Shown here in pieces: positions 59,981-64,000 of a stretch of 64,000 nt of DNA. Position 1 is the stretch's first letter, and each line of letters starts with the position of its first letter. Origin of the DNA: an uncultured SAR86 cluster bacterium (GTDB taxonomy: Bacteria > Pseudomonadota > Gammaproteobacteria > Magnimaribacterales > D2472). A program made the position numbers and the translations under genes. The notes beneath the pieces were generated by a model. That model had not been told where the DNA came from, made no database searches, and saw nothing but the letters and a program-made list of their open reading frames with translations. The stretch covers positions 10,181 through 74,180 of the forward strand of contig CACEAP010000005.1 in NCBI GenBank assembly GCA_902557645.1, given 5' to 3'.

Positions 59981-62719
59981 TTAGTTAGTTAAGATTTCAA
60001 CTTTACCTATATTTAATTCTCTTACTGGGCTTTCAATTTGTGCAAGATCACCCACAATTACCCATGTCCACTTATTAGTATCTAAATATTTTTTTGATGC
60101 AGAACGAACATCTTCAAGCAAGATAGCATTTCTTTTATCAGCAATAGTATCAAGATAATCAAAGTCCCTATTATATTTAACTATATCTTCCATGCCTCCA
60201 AGTAGGGCACCTAAAGTTTCATATTGCCCTGGCAATCTTAAAGTTCTAGCATTTTTAATTTTTGATAATTCATCAGCTGTTATAGGTGAATCATTAACGT
60301 ATTCATTATATTCACGCAATACTTCAAGTATAGCAGGAGCTGTTTTATCCGTCTGAACAGGAGCTGTCATTCGCATTAACCTTTGCCCTTGTGAATAGCC
60401 AGTAGAGGTTCTTACACCATATGACCAACTTTTATCTTCTCTTAAATTCATATTAATTCTAGATGTAAAACTTCCAGCAATTGCATAGTTCATATAGTCA
60501 ATAAGAATATCATCATCTGAATTTGTAGGTGGCAATAATTGAGCAGCAAGAATATATGATTGAATAGCTCCAGGCTTATCAATTAAAAATACTCGTGGCT
60601 CACTTTGATCTTCAACTGTAAAAAGATCTATTGGATTAATATCAGAAGCTTTACTTGTCCAATTATTAAATTTTTTATTTAATAATTCTTTAGCTTCATT
60701 AAGATTAATATCACCAGTAACAATAAAAGTTGAGTCACTAGGATTAGTTAATAAAGCATGCATTTTTATTAAATCTTCTCTTGTAAATTGCTCAACAGTT
60801 TCTTTTAAACCTGAGCTTGATTCTTTTGCATAAGGATGACCTTCTCCATAAACCAAACCTCTTATTTTTCTATTTGCTACCGATCCTGGATTGTTAAGCT
60901 GTTGATCAATACTATCAAGCCAACGCTTTTTAACTTTATCTAATTCAGCTTGAGGAAAAATAGGATTTAATAATCCTTCTTTGAATAAATCTAATGTTGC
61001 TTCAAGATTAACTTTCATTGATGATAATGATGCATATGTTGTATCAATAGATGATCCATAACCAATTCCTGAACCTAATCTTTCCTGGGCTTCAGCAAAG
61101 TCAAGAGATGAATATTTTTTTGTTCCTTCATCCATCATCGACATAGTAAAGTTTGCTAGACCCTGTTGTTCATTTGATTCAATTGCCCAACCTTTATTAA
61201 AGACAACCTCTATATTAACTAAAGGCAAATCATTTCTTTCTGCTAATACAAGTTTTGAACCATTGTCTAAAACAGCACTTTGTATTTTAGGGAATGAATA
61301 AGATAGTTTTTCAGTAGGATATGGGATGCCTTTACTTCTATCTACTTGTGACTTAACAACTGAAGTTTTCTTTGCAGGAACGATACTTAAAACATAATCA
61401 CCAGATGTTAACCATTTATTTGCAGCCTTTTTAATATCAACTGCTGAGGTATTTAAATATATTGATAATTGCTCACGGAAAGCACCAGCATCTCCATATA
61501 AAGTTTGATAGGTCGCTAAAATATCTGATTTACCTCCAAAGCCACCAATTCTTTGTAGCCCATTAGTTAATGAAGATATAGATGATGTTTTAATATTTTT
61601 AAGAAGTTTAGTATCTGGGCCTCTTTGTAAATACTTCTCTAAGGTATCATCTATAACTTTTTCAACTTCATCTGGATCTTGTCCAGATGCCACTGTTGCA
61701 ACAATTACAAACAATCCAGCAATTTCACGACCATAATAAAATGCAGATACACCAGAGGCTAAACCAGTCTTATAAACTAACTCTTGATATAAAGGGCTAT
61801 TCTTACTTCCAGCCAGCGTTGAAGAGGCTAGGTCTAATGCCTGAGCTTCATTAGTTCCATCCTCAGCAACATTCCATACTTTATAAATTCTAGTTTGTGG
61901 AACATTATCTTCCATAACTTCTCGTGTTTGCTCAGAACGTTTTGCTATCCATTTTTTAGGTTTTGTTAGTGGCGGGCCGCCTGGTATATCACCAAAATAT
62001 TCTTGAACTTTAATTTTTGCAGTTTCTACATCAATATCTCCAGCTAAAGCTAATACTGCATTTGTTGGACCATAATATGTTTCAAACCATTCTTTAACAT
62101 CATCTAAAGTAGCTGCATTTAAATCATCCATCGATCCAATAACGGACCATGAATATGGATGTCCTTTTGGAAATACAGCTTCTCCAATTGCATTCCAAAC
62201 TTGTCCATATGGTTGATTTTCACCTTGTCTCTTTTCGTTTTGAACAACACCTCTTTGCTCATCTAGTTTATCTTGATCTATGACATTTAATATATGACCC
62301 ATTCTTTCAGATTCCATCCATAAAGCTAAATCTAGGGCATTAGTAGGAACATTTTGAAAATAATTAGTTCTGTCACTATTTGTTGTACCGTTTTGGTCTG
62401 TTGCACCAATCTTTTCAAAAGGTTCAAAATATTCAGCATTATAATTTTCTGTGCCATTAAACATAAGATGTTCAAATAAATGTGCAAAACCAGTCTTTCC
62501 AGGTTTTTCATTTTTTGATCCGACGTGATACCAGATATTAACTGCAACCATTGGAACTTTTCTATCTTCATGCACAACTACAGTTAAACCGTTGTCTAAA
62601 GTAAAAGTTTCGAATTCGATATCAGGAACTTCAAGTTCTGGTTGACCATAAGCTTGAATTGAACTAATTGTTACAGTTGCGAGAATTAAAAAAATATTTT
62701 TAAATTTAAAAAGATCCAT
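59981..62719 (-). CDS. M16 family zinc protease (fused two-domain, exported)
   Basis: HLFEH (HxxEH), NGTTNSDRTNY, LREDKSWSYG. Confidence 0.93.
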   Translation of the reverse strand: MDLFKFKNIFLILATVTISSIQAYGQPELEVPDIEFETFTLDNGLTVVVHEDRKVPMVAVNIWYHVGSKNEKPGKTGFAHLFEHLMFNGTENYNAEYFEPFEKIGATDQNGTTNSDRTNYFQNVPTNALDLALWMESERMGHILNVIDQDKLDEQRGVVQNEKRQGENQPYGQVWNAIGEAVFPKGHPYSWSVIGSMDDLNAATLDDVKEWFETYYGPTNAVLALAGDIDVETAKIKVQEYFGDIPGGPPLTKPKKWIAKRSEQTREVMEDNVPQTRIYKVWNVAEDGTNEAQALDLASSTLAGSKNSPLYQELVYKTGLASGVSAFYYGREIAGLFVIVATVASGQDPDEVEKVIDDTLEKYLQRGPDTKLLKNIKTSSISSLTNGLQRIGGFGGKSDILATYQTLYGDAGAFREQLSIYLNTSAVDIKKAANKWLTSGDYVLSIVPAKKTSVVKSQVDRSKGIPYPTEKLSYSFPKIQSAVLDNGSKLVLAERNDLPLVNIEVVFNKGWAIESNEQQGLANFTMSMMDEGTKKYSSLDFAEAQERLGSGIGYGSSIDTTYASLSSMKVNLEATLDLFKEGLLNPIFPQAELDKVKKRWLDSIDQQLNNPGSVANRKIRGLVYGEGHPYAKESSSGLKETVEQFTREDLIKMHALLTNPSDSTFIVTGDINLNEAKELLNKKFNNWTSKASDINPIDLFTVEDQSEPRVFLIDKPGAIQSYILAAQLLPPTNSDDDILIDYMNYAIAGSFTSRINMNLREDKSWSYGVRTSTGYSQGQRLMRMTAPVQTDKTAPAILEVLREYNEYVNDSPITADELSKIKNARTLRLPGQYETLGALLGGMEDIVKYNRDFDYLDTIADKRNAILLEDVRSASKKYLDTNKWTWVIVGDLAQIESPVRELNIGKVEILTN

Positions 62720-62832
62720 AGGTACTCCGTTTTTGAAAAAATTATATGATGGATAATTTGTTTATATATTTAATATTATATAGAAATCAAAGTAGAATTA
62801 AGTTACTTATTATTAATTATTAAATAATTATT

Positions 62833-64000
62833 ATGAATAAATTTTTTATTATATTTTCATTGATTATTATAGTATCTAGCTGTGGTACAAATAATACTAA
62901 ATTAAATGATATAAGCATAAGAGAATCAATAGAAATTCTAGCATCTGATGATTTTGAGGGCAGAGCCCCCGGTACTGAAGGTGGAAAACTTACAAAGAAC
63001 TATATTGCTAAATTTTATAAAGAAAACTCCCTTACACCATTAAAAAATACATATTTTTTAGATGTTCCTGCTGTAAATATTAATCTCCAAGATAAATCTT
63101 TTTTTTCTATATCATTCAGAAATAATGATCAAAAGTTAGAACCAGGAAAAGATATTGTTTTTTGGTCCAAAAGAACAACTGAATATGAAAAAATAAGGGC
63201 AAGTGATCTTGTTTTTGTTGGTTATGGTGTTGTGGCACCTGAATATAATTGGAATGATTATGATGGAATAGATGTTAAGGGTAAAACTGTAGTGATGTTA
63301 ATAAATGATCCAGGCTTTATAACAGAAAATCCTAGATTATTTAACGGTCGTGCAATGACCTATTATGGTAGATGGGTTTATAAATTTGAAGAAGCAGCTA
63401 GACAAGGAGCTGCTGGGGCCATAATTATTCATGATACAGAAGCAGCATCTTATCCATGGTCAGTGATTGAATCATCATGGATGGGGCCACAGTTATCTTC
63501 TCAACGAACACCTGAACAAATTACTCCTGTTCAACTTGAAGGTTGGATACATAAAGATAAATTAAATGAATTACTAGAGTTTACAGGCTTTAATTATCAA
63601 TCATTGGAAGAAATAGCTTTAACTAAAACTTTTAAACCTTTTACTCTTCGAGGTATGCAATTAAATTCTGATATTTACAATGATGTTAATTACTTTAAAT
63701 CCCATAATATGGCTGCAATTAAGAAAGGGTCTTCAAGGCCTGATGAAATTATTTTATTTACAGCGCATTGGGATCATATGGGTATTAACAAATCAGAGGA
63801 GGGTGATAATGATAATATTTATAATGGCGCTGTTGATAATGCAACCGGTGTTGCAGTAATTTTAGAATTAGCTAAAAGATTTTCTACTATTAAAACAGAT
63901 AGATCAATATTATTTTTAGCTACGACTTTAGAAGAGTCAGGTTTGATTGGGTCTGAATATTTTGCAAATAATTCACCTGTACCTTTAAAAAATATAGTTG
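62833..64000 (+). CDS. M28 family peptidase with PA domain, lipoprotein (truncated by window end; absent from ORF track)
   Basis: Hand translation MNKFFIIFSLIIIVSSC..., LASDDFEGRAPGT, AHWDHMG, GAVDNATG, EESGLIGS. Confidence 0.9.
   Translation, partial: MNKFFIIFSLIIIVSSCGTNNTKLNDISIRESIEILASDDFEGRAPGTEGGKLTKNYIAKFYKENSLTPLKNTYFLDVPAVNINLQDKSFFSISFRNNDQKLEPGKDIVFWSKRTTEYEKIRASDLVFVGYGVVAPEYNWNDYDGIDVKGKTVVMLINDPGFITENPRLFNGRAMTYYGRWVYKFEEAARQGAAGAIIIHDTEAASYPWSVIESSWMGPQLSSQRTPEQITPVQLEGWIHKDKLNELLEFTGFNYQSLEEIALTKTFKPFTLRGMQLNSDIYNDVNYFKSHNMAAIKKGSSRPDEIILFTAHWDHMGINKSEEGDNDNIYNGAVDNATGVAVILELAKRFSTIKTDRSILFLATTLEESGLIGSEYFANNSPVPLKNIV

Noticed and set aside
2392..62577. Many 60-166 aa ORFs nested in or antisense to larger genes (e.g. 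3446, 4182, 9599, 12854, 18981, 38059, 59323)
   Set aside because: Shadow frames of well-supported genes with no recognisable motifs
1..64000. CRISPR arrays, IS elements, prophage, rRNA
   Set aside because: No spaced repeats, transposase, integrase, phage or rRNA sequence seen

Overview
AT-rich, gene-dense bacterial chromosome segment with very short intergenic spacers. Gene content and style suggest a streamlined marine gammaproteobacterium, SAR86-like; this is an inference and no rRNA is present to confirm it. In order: gcdH; an S9 peptidase divergent from a TonB-dependent receptor; a complete DUF3450-ExbB-ExbB-ExbD-TonB-TPR cluster; a MacAB-type exporter; glycosyltransferases; BolA, MMPL and CaiB; TatD; MoxR-VWA; YadGH; queF; pgl; tRNA-Ser(GGA). 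A 17 kb accessory block follows, containing a putative amide/amine utilisation locus, and ends at tRNA-Arg(TCG). After it come a GMC oxidoreductase, DUF3604-PPIase-HupE/UreJ, a DmdA-related GcvT protein, coaBC-panBCD, a P450, and M16 and M28 peptidases. No integrase, transposase, CRISPR or rRNA was seen. Best leads: (1) an orphan 77-aa gene with a near-perfect LexA box inside its sigma70 promoter and a C-terminal beta-clamp-like motif (QLAMF); (2) a structured, terminator-ended ~210-nt intergenic element carrying a 13-nt complement to the 16S 3' tail and a 34-codon sORF; (3) an ACG-type tRNA-Arg body with a UCG anticodon; (4) a shared ATGTAAAG-N4-CTTTACAT operator at two promoters; (5) recurrent leaderless-type promoters. 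All functional calls come from motif recognition by eye, not database searches.
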